A stretch of 64,000 nt of DNA from Gordius albopunctatus (lineage: Eukaryota), in NCBI GenBank assembly GCA_964276515.1, contig OZ193910.1:7502001-7566000 (forward strand), in the 5' to 3' direction. The notes below the pieces were generated by a model, which saw nothing but the letters and a program-made list of their open reading frames with translations, had not been told where the DNA came from and made no database searches. Below, piece after piece: positions 40,901-54,900 of this stretch (positions are counted from its first letter, which is position 1; every line of letters begins with the position of its first letter). The position numbers were made by a program, and so were the translations under genes.

Positions 40901-41390
40901 CGTAAGGGAGATGAAAAAATCTTTAAAAGTTATTAAATATTCTTAGCATTTTGTCCTTGTTAGAATCTTGATAGGAATTTTTGCGTGGGGGGATGTTTTA
41001 GATTGAGAGAAATTAAAATTTAGGTGTTGCGTTTATATTGTTTCAATATCTCTTTATAAGCGTGTCTCTAGTTTTAGTGAAACAAGCTCTATGCGATCGT
41101 GATTTAGAGTTAATAATTTTTGATGACTGATCAAAAAAATGTTTTTCAAGGAATTCATCTCTTATACGGAAAACTTTAATGAGAGCTATATGGTTGAACA
41201 AAAAAAATTAAAACAATTTCGAGGTCGAAAAAAATATTATTTTTCATATTCTTTCGAAAGGGAGATGAAAAAATCTTTAAAAGTTAGTAAATATTCTTAG
41301 AATTTTGTCCTTGTTAGAATCTTGATAGGAATTTTTGCGTTGGCGATGTTTGAGATTGAGAGAAATTAAAATTTTCGTGTGGCGTTTAGA
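37930..41390. repeat. 5-monomer higher-order repeat, 1733 bp x 2 (includes 24-bp and 7-bp deletion monomers)
   Basis: Offsets 38615->40348, 38957->40690 and aaaaactgttttt 38026->39759 all equal 1733. Confidence 0.85.
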
Positions 41391-42455
41391 TTGATTCAAT
41401 ATCGCTTTATAAGCGTGTCTCTAGTTTTAGTGAAACAAGCTCTATGCGATCGTGATTTAGAGTTAATAATTTTTGATGACTGATCAAAAAAATGTTTTTC
41501 AAGGAATTCATCTCTTATACGGAAAACTTTAATGAGAGCTATATGGTTGAACAAAAAAAATTAAAACAATTTCGAGGTCGAAAAAAATATTATTTTTCAT
41601 ATTCTTTCGAAAGGGAGATGAAAAAATCTTTAAAAGTTAGTAAATATTCTTAGAATTTTGTCCTTGTTAGAATCTTGATAGGAATTTTTGCGTTGGCGAT
41701 GTTTGAGATTGAGAGAAATTAAAATTTTCGTGTGGCGTTTAGATTGATTCAATATCGCTTTATAAGCGTGTCTCTAGTTTTAGTGAAACAAGCTCTATGC
41801 GATCGTGATTTAGAGTTAATAATTTTTGATGACTGATCAAAAAAATGTTTTTCAAGGAATTCATCTCTTATACGGAAAACTTTAATGATAGCTATATGGT
41901 TGAACAAAAAAATTGAAAAAATTTTGAGGTCGAAAAAAATATTTTTTTTCATATTCTTTCGTAAGGGAGATGAAAAAATCTTTAAAAGTTATTAAATATT
42001 CTTAGCATTTTGTCCTTGTTAGAATCTTGATAGGAATTTTTGCGTGGGGGGATGTTTTAGATTGAGAGAAATTAAAATTTAGGTGTTGCGTTTATATTGT
42101 TTCAATATCTCTTTATAAGCGTGTCTCTAGTTTTAGTGAAACAAGCTCTATGCGATCGTGATTTAGAGTTAATAATTTTTGATGACTGATCAAAAAAATG
42201 TTTTTCAAGTAATTCATCTCTTATACGGAAAACTTTCATGAGAGCTATATGGTTGAACAAAAAAAATTAAAACAATTTCGAGGTCGAAAAAAATATTTTT
42301 TTTCATATTCTTTCGTAAGGGAGATGAAAAAATCTTTAAAAGTTATTAAATATTCTTAGCATTTTGTCCTTGTTAGAATCTTGATAGGAATTTTTGCGTG
42401 GGGGGATGTTTTAGATTGAGAGAAATTAAAATTTAGGTGTTGCGTTTATATTGTT

Positions 42456-45400
42456 TCAATATCTCTTTATAAGCGTGTCTCTAGTTTTAGTGAAACAAGC
42501 TCTATGCGATCGTGATTTAGAGTTAATAATTTTTGATGACTGATCAAAAAAATGTTTTTCAAGGAATTCATCTCTTATACGGAAAACTTTAATGAGAGCT
42601 ATATGGTTGAACAAAAAAATTGAAAAAATTTTGAGGTCGAAAAAAATATTATTTTTCATATTTTTTCGAAAGGGAGATGAAAAAATCTTTAAAAGTTAGT
42701 AAATATTCTTAGAATTTTGTCCTTGTTAGAATCTTGATAGGAATTTTTGCGTTGGCGATGTTTGAGATTGAGAGAAATTAAAATTTTCGTGTGGCGTTTA
42801 TATTGTTTCAATATCGCTTTATAAGCGTGTCTCTAGTTTTAGTGTAACAAGCTCTATGCGATCGTGATTTAGAGTTAATAATTTTTGATGACTGATCAAA
42901 AAAATGTTTTTCAAGCAATTCACCTCTTATACCGAAAACTTTCATGAGAGCTATATGGTTGAACAAAAAAATTGAAAAAATTTTGAGGTCGAAACAAATA
43001 TTATTTTTCATATTCTTTCGAAAGGGAGATGAAAAAATCTTTAAAAGTTAGTAAATATTCTTAGAATTTTGTCCTTGTTAGAATCTTGATAGGAATTTTT
43101 GCGTTGGCGATGTTTGAGATTGAGAGAAATTAAAATTTTCGTGTGGCGTTTAGATTGATTCAATATCGCTTTATAAGCGTGTCTCTAGTTTTAGTGAAAC
43201 AAGCTCTATGCGATCGTGATTTAGAGTTAATAATTTTTGATGACTGATCAAAAAAATGTTTTTCAAGGAATTCACCTTTTATACCGAAAACTTTCATGAG
43301 AACTATATGGTTGAACAAAAAAATTAAAACAATTTTGAGGTCGAAAAAAATATTATTTTTCATATTCTTTCGAAAGGGAGATGAAAAAATCTTTAAAAGT
43401 TAGTAAATATTCTTAGCATTTTGTCCTTTCTTGATAGGAATTTTTGCGTGGGGGATGTTTGAGATTGAAAGAAATTAAAATTTTCGTGTTGCGTTTATAT
43501 TGTTTCAATATCGCTTTATAAGCGTGTCTCTAGTTTTAGTGAAACAAGCTCTATGCGATCGTGATTTACAGTTAATAATTCTTGATGACTGATCAAAAAA
43601 ATGTTTTTCAAGGAATTCACCTCTTATACCGAAAACTTTCATGAGATCTATATGGTTGAACAAAAAAATTGAAAAAATTTTGAGGTCGAAAAAAATATTA
43701 TTTTTCAAATTCTTTCGAAAGGGAGATGAAAAAATCTTTAAAAGTTAGTAAATATTCTTAGAATTTTGTCCTTGTTAGAATCTTGATAGGAATTTTTGCG
43801 TTGGCGATGTTTGAGATTGAGAGAAATTCAAATTTTCGTGTGGCGTTTAGATTGATTCAATATCGCTTTATAAGCGTGTCTCTAGTTTTAGTGAAACAAG
43901 CTCTATGCGATCGTGATTTAGAGTTAATAATTTTTGATGACTGATCAAAAAAATGTTTTTCAAGGAATTCATCTCTTATACGGAAAACTTTAATGAGAGC
44001 TATATGGTTGAACAAAAAAATTGAAAAAATTTTGAGGTCGAAAAAAATATTTTTTTTCATATTCTTTCGTAAGGGAGATGAAAAAATCTTTAAAAGTTAT
44101 TAAATATTCTTAGCATTTTGTCCTTGTTAGAATCTTGATAGGAATTTTTGCGTGGGGGGATGTTTTAGATTGAGAGAAATTAAAATTTAGGTGTTGCGTT
44201 TATATTGTTTCAATATCGCTTTATAAGCGTGTCTCTAGTTTTAGTGAAACAAGCTCTATGCGATCGTGATTTAGAGTTAATAATTTTTGATGACTGATCA
44301 AAAAAATGTTTTTCAAGGAATTCATCTCTTATACGGAAAACTTTAATGAGAGCTATATGGTTGAACAAAAAAATTGAAAAAATTTTGAGGTCGAAAAAAA
44401 TATTATTTTTCATATTTTTTCGAAAGGGAGATGAAAAAATCTTTAAAAGTTAGTAAATATTCTTAGAATTTTGTCCTTGTTAGAATCTTGATAGGAATTT
44501 TTGCGTTGGCGATGTTTGAGATTGAGAGAAATTAAAATTTTCGTGTGGCGTTTATATTGTTTCAATATCGCTTTATAAGCGTGTCTCTAGTTTTAGTGTA
44601 ACAAGCTCTATGCGATCGTGATTTAGAGTTAATAATTTTTGATGACTGATCAAAAAAATGTTTTTCAAGCAATTCACCTCTTATACCGAAAACTTTCATG
44701 AGAGCTATATGGTTGAACAAAAAAATTGAAAAAATTTTGAGGTCGAAACAAATATTATTTTTCATATTCTTTCGAAAGGGAGATGAAAAAATCTTTAAAA
44801 GTTAGTAAATATTCTTAGAATTTTGTCCTTGTTAGAATCTTGATAGGAATTTTTGCGTTGGCGATGTTTGAGATTGAGAGAAATTAAAATTTTCGTGTGG
44901 CGTTTAGATTGATTCAATATCGCTTTATAAGCGTGTCTCTAGTTTTAGTGAAACAAGCTCTATGCGATCGTGATTTAGAGTTAATAATTTTTGATGACTG
45001 ATCAAAAAAATGTTTTTCAAGGAATTCACCTTTTATACCGAAAACTTTCATGAGAACTATATGGTTGAACAAAAAAATTAAAACAATTTTGAGGTCGAAA
45101 AAAATATTATTTTTCATATTCTTTCGAAAGGGAGATGAAAAAATCTTTAAAAGTTAGTAAATATTCTTAGCATTTTGTCCTTTCTTGATAGGAATTTTTG
45201 CGTGGGGGATGTTTGAGATTGAAAGAAATTAAAATTTTCGTGTTGCGTTTATATTGTTTCAATATCGCTTTATAAGCGTGTCTCTAGTTTTAGTGAAACA
45301 AGCTCTATGCGATCGTGATTTACAGTTAATAATTCTTGATGACTGATCAAAAAAATGTTTTTCAAGGAATTCACCTCTTATACCGAAAACTTTCATGAGA

Positions 45401-45963
45401 TCTATATGGTTGAACAAAAAAATTGAAAAAATTTTGAGGTCGAAAAAAATATTATTTTTCAAATTCTTTCGAAAGGGAGATGAAAAAATCTTTAAAAGTT
45501 AGTAAATATTCTTAGAATTTTGTCCTTGTTAGAATCTTGATAGGAATTTTTGCGTTGGCGATGTTTGAGATTGAGAGAAATTCAAATTTTCGTGTGGCGT
45601 TTAGATTGATTCAATATCGCTTTATAAGCGTGTCTCTAGTTTTAGTGAAACAAGCTCTATGCGATCGTGATTTAGAGTTAATAATTTTTGATGACTGATC
45701 AAAAAAATGTTTTTCAAGGAATTCATCTCTTATACGGAAAACTTTAATGAGAGCTATATGGTTGAACAAAAAAATTGAAAAAATTTTGAGGTCGAAAAAA
45801 ATATTTTTTTTCATATTCTTTCGTAAGGGAGATGAAAAAATCTTTAAAAGTTATTAAATATTCTTAGCATTTTGTCCTTGTTAGAATCTTGATAGGAATT
45901 TTTGCGTGGGGGGATGTTTTAGATTGAGAGAAATTAAAATTTAGGTGTTGCGTTTATATTGTT
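42456..45963. repeat. 5-monomer higher-order repeat, 1754 bp x 2, near-identical
   Basis: Five successive ORF variants repeat at exactly +1754 (42456/44210, 42808/44562, 43160/44914, 43505/45259, 43857/45611). The two copies share private alleles aattcttgat, gagatctata and aaattcaaatt. Confidence 0.9.
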
Positions 45964-48900
45964 TCAATATCGCTTTATAAGCGTGTCTCTAGTTTTAGTG
46001 AAACAAGCTCTATGCGATCGTGATTTAGAGTTAATAATTTTTGATGACTGATCAAAAAAATGTTTTTCAAGGAATTCATCTCTTATACGGAAAACTTTAA
46101 TGATAGCTATATGGTTGAACAAAAAAATTGAAAAAATTTTGAGGTCGAAAAAAATATTATTTTTCAAATTCTTTCGAAAGGGAGATGAAAAAATGTTTAA
46201 AAGTTAGTAAATATTCTTAGAATTTTGTCCTTGTTAGAATCTTGATAGGAATTTTTGCGTTGGCGATGTTTGAGATTGAGAGAAATTAAAATTTTCATCG
46301 CTTTATAAGCGTGTCTCTAGTTTTAGTGAAACAAGCTCTATGCGATCGTGATTTAGAGTTAATAATTTTTGATGACTGATCAAAAAAATGTTTTTCAAGG
46401 AATTCACCTTTTATACCGAAAACTTTCATGAGAACTATATGGTTGAACAAAAAAATTAAAACAATTTTGAGGTCGAAAAAAATATTATTTTTCATATTCT
46501 TTCGAAAGGGAGATGAAAAAATCTTTAAAAGTTAGTAAATATTCTTAGCATTTTGTCCTTTCTTGATAGGAATTTTTGCGTGGGGGATGTTTGAGATTGA
46601 AAGAAATTAAAATTTTCGTGTGGCGTTTAGATTGATTCAATATCGCTTTATAAGCGTGTCTCTAGTTTTAGTGAAACAAGCTCTATGCGATCGTGATTTA
46701 GAGTTAATAATTTTTGATGACTGATCAAAAAAATGTTTTTCAAGGAATTCATCTCTTATACGGAAAACTTTAATGAGAGCTATATGGTTGAACAAAAAAA
46801 TTGAAAAAATTTTGAGGTCGAAAAAAATATTTTTTTTCATATTCTTTCGTAAGGGAGATGAAAAAATCTTTAAAAGTTATTAAATATTCTTAGCATTTTG
46901 TCCTTGTTAGAATCTTGATAGGAATTTTTGCGTGGGGGGATGTTTTAGATTGAGAGAAATTAAAATTTAGGTGTTGCGTTTATATTGTTTCAATATCTCT
47001 TTATAAGCGTGTCTCTAGTTTTAGTGAAACAAGCTCTATGCGATCGTGATTTAGAGTTAATAATTTTTGATGACTGATCAAAAAAATGTTTTTCAAGGAA
47101 TTCATCTCTTATACGGAAAACTTTCATGAGAGCTATATGGTTGAACAAAAAAATTGAAAAAATTTTGAGGTCGAAAAAAATATTTTTTTTCATATTCTTT
47201 CGTAAGGGAGATGAAAAAATCTTTAAAAGTTATTAAATATTCTTAGCATTTTGTCCTTGTTAGAATCTTGATAGGAATTTTTGCGTGGGGGGATGTTTTA
47301 GATTGAGAGAAATTAAAATTTAGGTGTTGCGTTTATATTGTTTCAATATCTCTTTATAAGCGTGTCTCTAGTTTTAGTGAAACAAGCTCTATGCGATCGT
47401 GATTTAGAGTTAATAATTTTTGATGACTGATCAAAAAAATGTTTTTCAAGGAATTCATCTCTTATACGGAAAACTTTCATGAGAGCTATATGGTTGAACA
47501 AAAAAAATTAAAACAATTTCGAGGTCGAAAAAAATATTATTTTTCATATTCTTTCGAAAGGGAGATGAAAAAATCTTTAAAAGTTAGTAAATATTCTTAG
47601 AATTTTGTCCTTGTTAGAATCTTGATAGGAATTTTTGCGTTGGCGATGTTTGAGATTGAGAGAAATTAAAATTTTCGTGTGGCGTTTAGATTGATTCAAT
47701 ATCGCTTTATAAGCGTGTCTCTAGTTTTAGTGAAACAAGCTCTATGCGATCGTGATTTAGAGTTAATAATTTTTGATGACTGATCAAAAAAATGTTTTTC
47801 AAGGAATTCATCTCTTATACGGAAAACTTTAATGATAGCTATATGGTTGAACAAAAAAATTGAAAAAATTTTGAGGTCGAAAAAAATATTTTTTTTCATA
47901 TTCTTTCGTAAGGGAGATGAAAAAATCTTTAAAAGTTATTAAATATTCTTAGCATTTTGTCCTTGTTAGAATCTTGATAGGAATTTTTGCGTGGGGGGAT
48001 GTTTTAGATTGAGAGAAATTAAAATTTAGGTGTTGCGTTTATATTGTTTCAATATCTCTTTATAAGCGTGTCTCTAGTTTTAGTGAAACAAGCTCTATGC
48101 GATCGTGATTTAGAGTTAATAATTTTTGATGACTGATCAAAAAAATGTTTTTCAAGGAATTCATCTCTTATACGGAAAACTTTCATGAGAGCTATATGGT
48201 TGAACAAAAAAAATTAAAACAATTTCGAGGTCGAAAAAAATATTTTTTTTCATATTCTTTCGAAAAGGAGATGAAAAAAGAATTTTTGCGTGGGGGATGT
48301 TTTAGATTGAGAGAAATTAAAATTTAGGTGTTGAGTTTATATTGTTTCAATATCGCTTTATAAGCGTGTCTCTAGTTTTAGTGAAACAAGCTCTATGCGA
48401 TCGTGATTTAGAGTTAATAATTTTTGATGACTGATCAAAAAAATGTTTTTCAAGGAATTCACCTTTTATACCGAAAACTTTCATGAGAACTATATGGTTG
48501 AACAAAAAAATTAAAACAATTTTGAGGTCGAAAAAAATATTATTTTTCATATTCTTTCGAAAGGGAGATGAAAAAATCTTTAAAAGTTAGTAAATATTCT
48601 TAGCATTTTGTCCTTTCTTGATAGGAATTTTTGCGTGGGGGATGTTTGAGATTGAAAGAAATTAAAATTTTCGTGTTGCGTTTATATTGTTTCAATATCG
48701 CTTTATAAGCGTGTCTCTAGTTTTAGTGAAACAAGCTCTATGCGATCGTGATTTACAGTTAATAATTTTTGATGACTGATCAAAAAAATGTTTTTCAAGG
48801 AATTCACCTCTTATACCGAAAACTTTCATGAGAGCTATATGGTTGAACAAAAAAATTGAAAAAATTTTGAGGTCGAAAAAAATATTATTTTTCAAATTCT

Positions 48901-51900
48901 TTCGAAAGGGAGATGAAAAAATCTTTAAAAGTTAGTAAATATTCTTAGAATTTTGTCCTTGTTAGAATCTTGATAGGAATTTTTGCGTTGGCGATGTTTG
49001 AGATTGAGAGAAATTAAAATTTTCGTGTGGCGTTTAGATTGATTCAATATCGCTTTATAAGCGTGTCTCTAGTTTTAGTGAAACAAGCTCTATGCGATCG
49101 TGATTTAGAGTTAATAATTTTTGATGACTGATCAAAAAAATGTTTTTCAAGGAATTCATCTCTTATACGGAAAACTTTAATGAGAGCTATATGGTTGAAC
49201 AAAAAAATTGAAAAAATTTTGAGGTCGAAAAAAATATTTTTTTTCATATTCTTTCGTAAGGGAGATGAAAAAATCTTTAAAAGTTATTAAATATTCTTAG
49301 CATTTTGTCCTTGTTAGAATCTTGATAGGAATTTTTGCGTGGGGGGATGTTTTAGATTGAGAGAAATTAAAATTTAGGTGTTGCGTTTATATTGTTTCAA
49401 TATCTCTTTATAAGCGTGTCTCTAGTTTTAGTGAAACAAGCTCTATGCGATCGTGATTTAGAGTTAATAATTTTTGATGACTGATCAAAAAAATGTTTTT
49501 CAAGGAATTCATCTCTTATACGGAAAACTTTAATGAGAGCTATATGGTTGAACAAAAAAATTGAAAAAATTTTGAGGTCGAAAAAAATATTTTTTTTCAT
49601 ATTCTTTCGAAAGGGAGATGAAAAAATCTTTAAAAGTTATTAAATATTCTTAGCATTTTGTCCTTGTTAGAATCTTGATAGGAATCTTTGCGTGGGGGGA
49701 TGTTTTAGATTGAGAGAAATTAAAATTTAGGTGTTGCGTTTATATTGTTTCAATATCTCTTTATAAGCGTGTCTCTAGTTTTAGTGAAACAAGCTCTATG
49801 CGATCGTGATTTAGAGTTAATAATTTTTGATGACTGATCAAAAAAATGTTTTTCAAGGAATTCATCTCTTATACGGAAAACTTTAATGAGAGCTATATGG
49901 TTGAACAAAAAAATTGAAAAAATTTTGAGGTCGAAAAAAATATTTTTTTTCATATTCTTTCGAAAGGGAGATGAAAAAATCTTTAAAAGTTATTAAATAT
50001 TCTTAGCATTTTGTCCTTGTTAGAATCTTGATAGGAATCTTTGCGTGGGGGGATGTTTTAGATTGAGAGAAATTAAAATTTAGGTGTTGCGTTTATATTG
50101 TTTCAATATCGCTTTATAAGCGTGTCTCTAGTTTTAGTGAAACAAGGTCCATGCGATCGTGATTTAGAGTTAATAATTTTTGATGACTGATCAAAAAAAT
50201 GTTTTTCAAGGAATTCACCTCTTATACCGAAAACTTTCATGAGAGCTATATGGTTGAACAAAAAAAATTAAAACAATTTTGAGGTCGAAAAAAATATTTT
50301 TTTTCATATTCTTTCGAAAGGGAGATGAAAAAATCTTTAAAAGTTAGTAAATATTCTTAGCATTTTGTCCTTTCTTGATAGGAATTTTTGCGTGGGGGAT
50401 GTTTGAGATTGAAAGAAATTAAAATTTTCGTGTTGCGTTTATATTGTTTCAATATCGCTTTATAAGCGTGTCTCTAGTTTTAGTGAAACAAGCTCTATGC
50501 GATCGTGATTTACAGTTAATAATTTTTGATGACTGATCAAAAAAATGTTTTTCAAGGAATTCACCTCTTATACCGAAAACTTTCATGAGAGCTATATGGT
50601 TGAACAAAAAAATTGAAAAAATTTTGAGGTCGAAAAAAATATTATTTTTCAAATTCTTTCGAAAGGGAGATGAAAAAATCTTTAAAAGTTAGTAAATATT
50701 CTTAGAATTTTGTCCTTGTTAGAATCTTGATAGGAATTTTTGCGTTGGCGATGTTTGAGATTGAGAGAAATTAAAATTTTCGTGTGGCGTTTAGATTGAT
50801 TCAATATCGCTTTATAAGCGTGTCTCTAGTTTTAGTGAAACAAGCTCTATGCGATCGTGATTTAGAGTTAATAATTTTTGATGACTGATCAAAAAAATGT
50901 TTTTCAAGGAATTCATCTCTTATACGGAAAACTTTAATGAGAGCTATATGGTTGAACAAAAAAATTGAAAAAATTTTGAGGTCGAAAAAAATATTATTTT
51001 TCAAATTCTTTCGAAAGGGAGATGAAAAAATGTTTAAAAGTTAGTAAATATTCTTAGAATTTTGTCCTTGTTAGAATCTTGATAGGAATTTTTGCGTTGG
51101 CGATGTTTGAGATTGAGAGAAATTAAAATTTTCGTGTGGCGTTTAGATTGATTCAATATCGCTTTATAAGCGTGTCTCTAGTTTTAGTGAAACAAGCTCT
51201 ATGCGATCGTGATTTAGAGTTAATAATTTTTGATGACTGATCAAAAAAATGTTTTTCAAGGAATTCATCTCTTATACCGAAAACTTTCATGAGAGCTATA
51301 TGGTTGAACAAAAAAAATTAAAACAATTTTGAGGTCGAAAAAAATATTATTTTTCATATTCTTTCGAAAAGGAGATGAAAAAAGAATTTTTGCGTGGGGG
51401 ATGTTTTAGATTGAGAGAAATTAAAATTTAGGTGTTGAGTTTATATTGTTTCAATATCGCTTTATAAGCGTGTCTCTAGTTTTAGTGAAACAAGCTCTAT
51501 GCGATCGTGATTTAGAGTTAATAATTTTTGATGACTGATCAAAAAAATGTTTTTCAAGGAATTCACCTCTTATACCAAAAACTTTCATGAGAACTATATG
51601 GTTGAACAAAAAAATTGAAAAAATTTTGAGGTCGAAAAAAATATTATTTTTCATATTTTTTCGAAAGGGAGATGAAAAAATCTTTAAAAGTTAGTAAATA
51701 TTCTTAGCATTTTGTCCTTGTTAGAATATTGATAGAAATTTATGCGTGGGGGGATGTTTTAGATTGAGAGAAATTAAAATTTAGGTGTTGCGTTTATATT
51801 GTTTCAATATCGCTTTATAAGCGTGTCTCTAGTTTTAGTGTAACAAGCTCTATGCGATCGTGATTTACAGTTAATAATTTTTGATGACTGATCAAAAAAA

Positions 51901-54900
51901 TGTTTTTCAAGCAATTCACCTCTTATACCGAAAACTTTCATGAGAGCTATATGGTTGAACAAAAAAAATTAAAACAATTTTGAGGTCGAAAAAAATATTA
52001 TTTTTCATATTCTTTCGAAAAGGAGATGAAAAAAGAATTTTTGCGTGGGGGATGTTTTAGATTGAGAGAAATTAAAATTTAGGTGTTGAGTTTATATTGT
52101 TTCAATATCGCTTTATAAGCGTGTCTCTAGTTTTAGTGAAACAAGCTCTATGCGATCGTGATTTAGAGTTAATAATTTTTGATGACTGATCAAAAAAATG
52201 TTTTTCAAGGAATTCACCTCTTATACCAAAAACTTTCATGAGAACTATATGGTTGAACAAAAAAATTGAAAAAATTTTGAGGTCGAAAAAAATATTATTT
52301 TTCATATTTTTTCGAAAGGGAGATGAAAAAATCTTTAAAAGTTAGTAAATATTCTTAGCATTTTGTCCTTGTTAGAATATTGATAGAAATTTATGCGTGG
52401 GGGGATGTTTTAGATTGAGAGAAATTAAAATTTAGGTGTTGCGTTTATATTGTTTCAATATCGCTTTATAAGCGTGTCTCTAGTTTTAGTGTAACAAGCT
52501 CTATGCGATCGTGATTTACAGTTAATAATTTTTGATGACTGATCAAAAAAATGTTTTTCAAGCAATTCACCTCTTATACCGAAAACTTTCATGAGAGCTA
52601 TATGGTTGAACAAAAAAATTGAAAAAATTTTGAGGTCGAAACAAATATTATTTTTCATATTCTTTCGAAAGGGAGATGAAAAAATCTTTAAAAGTTAGTA
52701 AATATTCTTAGCATTTTGTCCTTGTTAGAATCTTGATAGGAATTTTTGCGTTGGCGATGTTTGAGATTGAGAGAAATTAAAATTTTCTTGTGGCGTTTAG
52801 ATTGATTCAATATCGCTTTATAAGCGTGTCTCTAGTTTTAGTGAAACAAGCTCTATGCGATCGTGATTTAGAGTTAATAATTTTTGATGACTGATCAAAA
52901 AAATGTTTTTCAAGGAATTCATCTCTTATACGGAAAACTTTAATGAGAGCTATATGGTTGAACAAAAAAATTGAAAAAATTTTGAGGTCGAAAAAAATAT
53001 TTTTTTTCATATTCTTTCGTAAGGGAGATGAAAAAATCTTTAAAAGTTATTAAATATTCTTAGCATTTTGTCCTTGTTAGAATCTTGATAGGAATTTTTG
53101 CGTGGGGGGATGTTTTAGATTGAGAGAAATTAAAATTTAGGTGTTGCGTTTATATTGTTTCAATATCTCTTTATAAGCGTGTCTCTAGTTTTAGTGAAAC
53201 AAGCTCTATGCGATCGTGATTTAGAGTTAATAATTTTTGATGACTGATCAAAAAAATGTTTTTCAAGGAATTCATCTCTTATACGGAAAACTTTCATGAG
53301 AACTATATGGTTGAACAAAAAAAATTAAAACAATTTCGAGGTCGAAAAAAATATTATTTTTCATATTCTTTCGAAAGGGAGATGAAAAAATCTTTAAAAG
53401 TTAGTAAATATTCTTAGAATTTTGTCCTTGTTAGAATCTTGATAGGAATTTTTGCGTTGGCGATGTTTGAGATTGAGAGAAATTAAAATTTTCGTGTGGC
53501 GTTTAGATTGATTCAATATCGCTTTATAAGCGTGTCTCTAGTTTTAGTGAAACAAGCTCTATGCGATCGTGATTTAGAGTTAATAATTTTTGATGACTGA
53601 TCAAAAAAATGTTTTTCAAGGAATTCATCTCTTATACGGAAAACTTTAATGATAGCTATATGGTTGAACAAAAAAATTGAAAAAATTTTGAGGTCGAAAA
53701 AAATATTTTTTTTCATATTCTTTCGTAAGGGAGATGAAAAAATCTTTAAAAGTTATTAAATATTCTTAGCATTTTGTCCTTGTTAGAATCTTGATAGGAA
53801 TTTTTGCGTGGGGGGATGTTTTAGATTGAGAGAAATTAAAATTTAGGTGTTGCGTTTATATTGTTTCAATATCTCTTTATAAGCGTGTCTCTAGTTTTAG
53901 TGAAACAAGCTCTATGCGATCGTGATTTAGAGTTAATAATTTTTGATGACTGATCAAAAAAATGTTTTTCAAGGAATTCATCTCTTATACGGAAAACTTT
54001 AATGAGAGCTATATGGTTGAACAAAAAAATTGAAAAAATTTTGAGGTCGAAAAAAATATTTTTTTTCATATTCTTTCGAAAGGGAGATGAAAAAATCTTT
54101 AAAAGTTATTAAATATTCTTAGCATTTTGTCCTTGTTAGAATCTTGATAGGAATCTTTGCGTGGGGGGATGTTTTAGATTGAGAGAAATTAAAATTTAGG
54201 TGTTGCGTTTATATTGTTTCAATATCGCTTTATAAGCGTGTCTCTAGTTTTAGTGAAACAAGCTCTATGCGATCGTGATTTAGAGTTAATAATTTTTGAT
54301 GACTGATCAAAAAAATGTTTTTCAAGGAATTCATCTCTTATACGGAAAACTTTAATGAGAGCTATATGGTTGAACAAAAAAAATTAAAACAATTTCGAGG
54401 TCGAAAAAAATATTATTTTTCATATTCTTTCGAAAGGGAGATGAAAAAATCTTTAAAAGTTAGTAAATATTCTTAGAATTTTGTCCTTGTTAGAATCTTG
54501 ATAGGAATTTTTGCGTTGGCGATGTTTGAGATTGAGAGAAATTAAAATTTTCGTGTGGCGTTTAGATTGATTCAATATCGCTTTATAAGCGTGTCTCTAG
54601 TTTTAGTGAAACAAGCTCTATGCGATCGTGATTTAGAGTTAATAATTTTTGATGACTGATCAAAAAAATGTTTTTCAAGGAATTCATCTCTTATACGGAA
54701 AACTTTAATGATAGCTATATGGTTGAACAAAAAAATTGAAAAAATTTTGAGGTCGAAAAAAATATTTTTTTTCATATTCTTTCGTAAGGGAGATGAAAAA
54801 ATCTTTAAAAGTTATTAAATATTCTTAGCATTTTGTCCTTGTTAGAATCTTGATAGGAATTTTTGCGTGGGGGGATGTTTTAGATTGAGAGAAATTAAAA

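Noticed and set aside
22776..48327. Singleton ORFs at 22776-22988, 32130-32384 and 48145-48327
   Set aside because: Chance open frames created by local allele combinations or by the 55-bp deletion.
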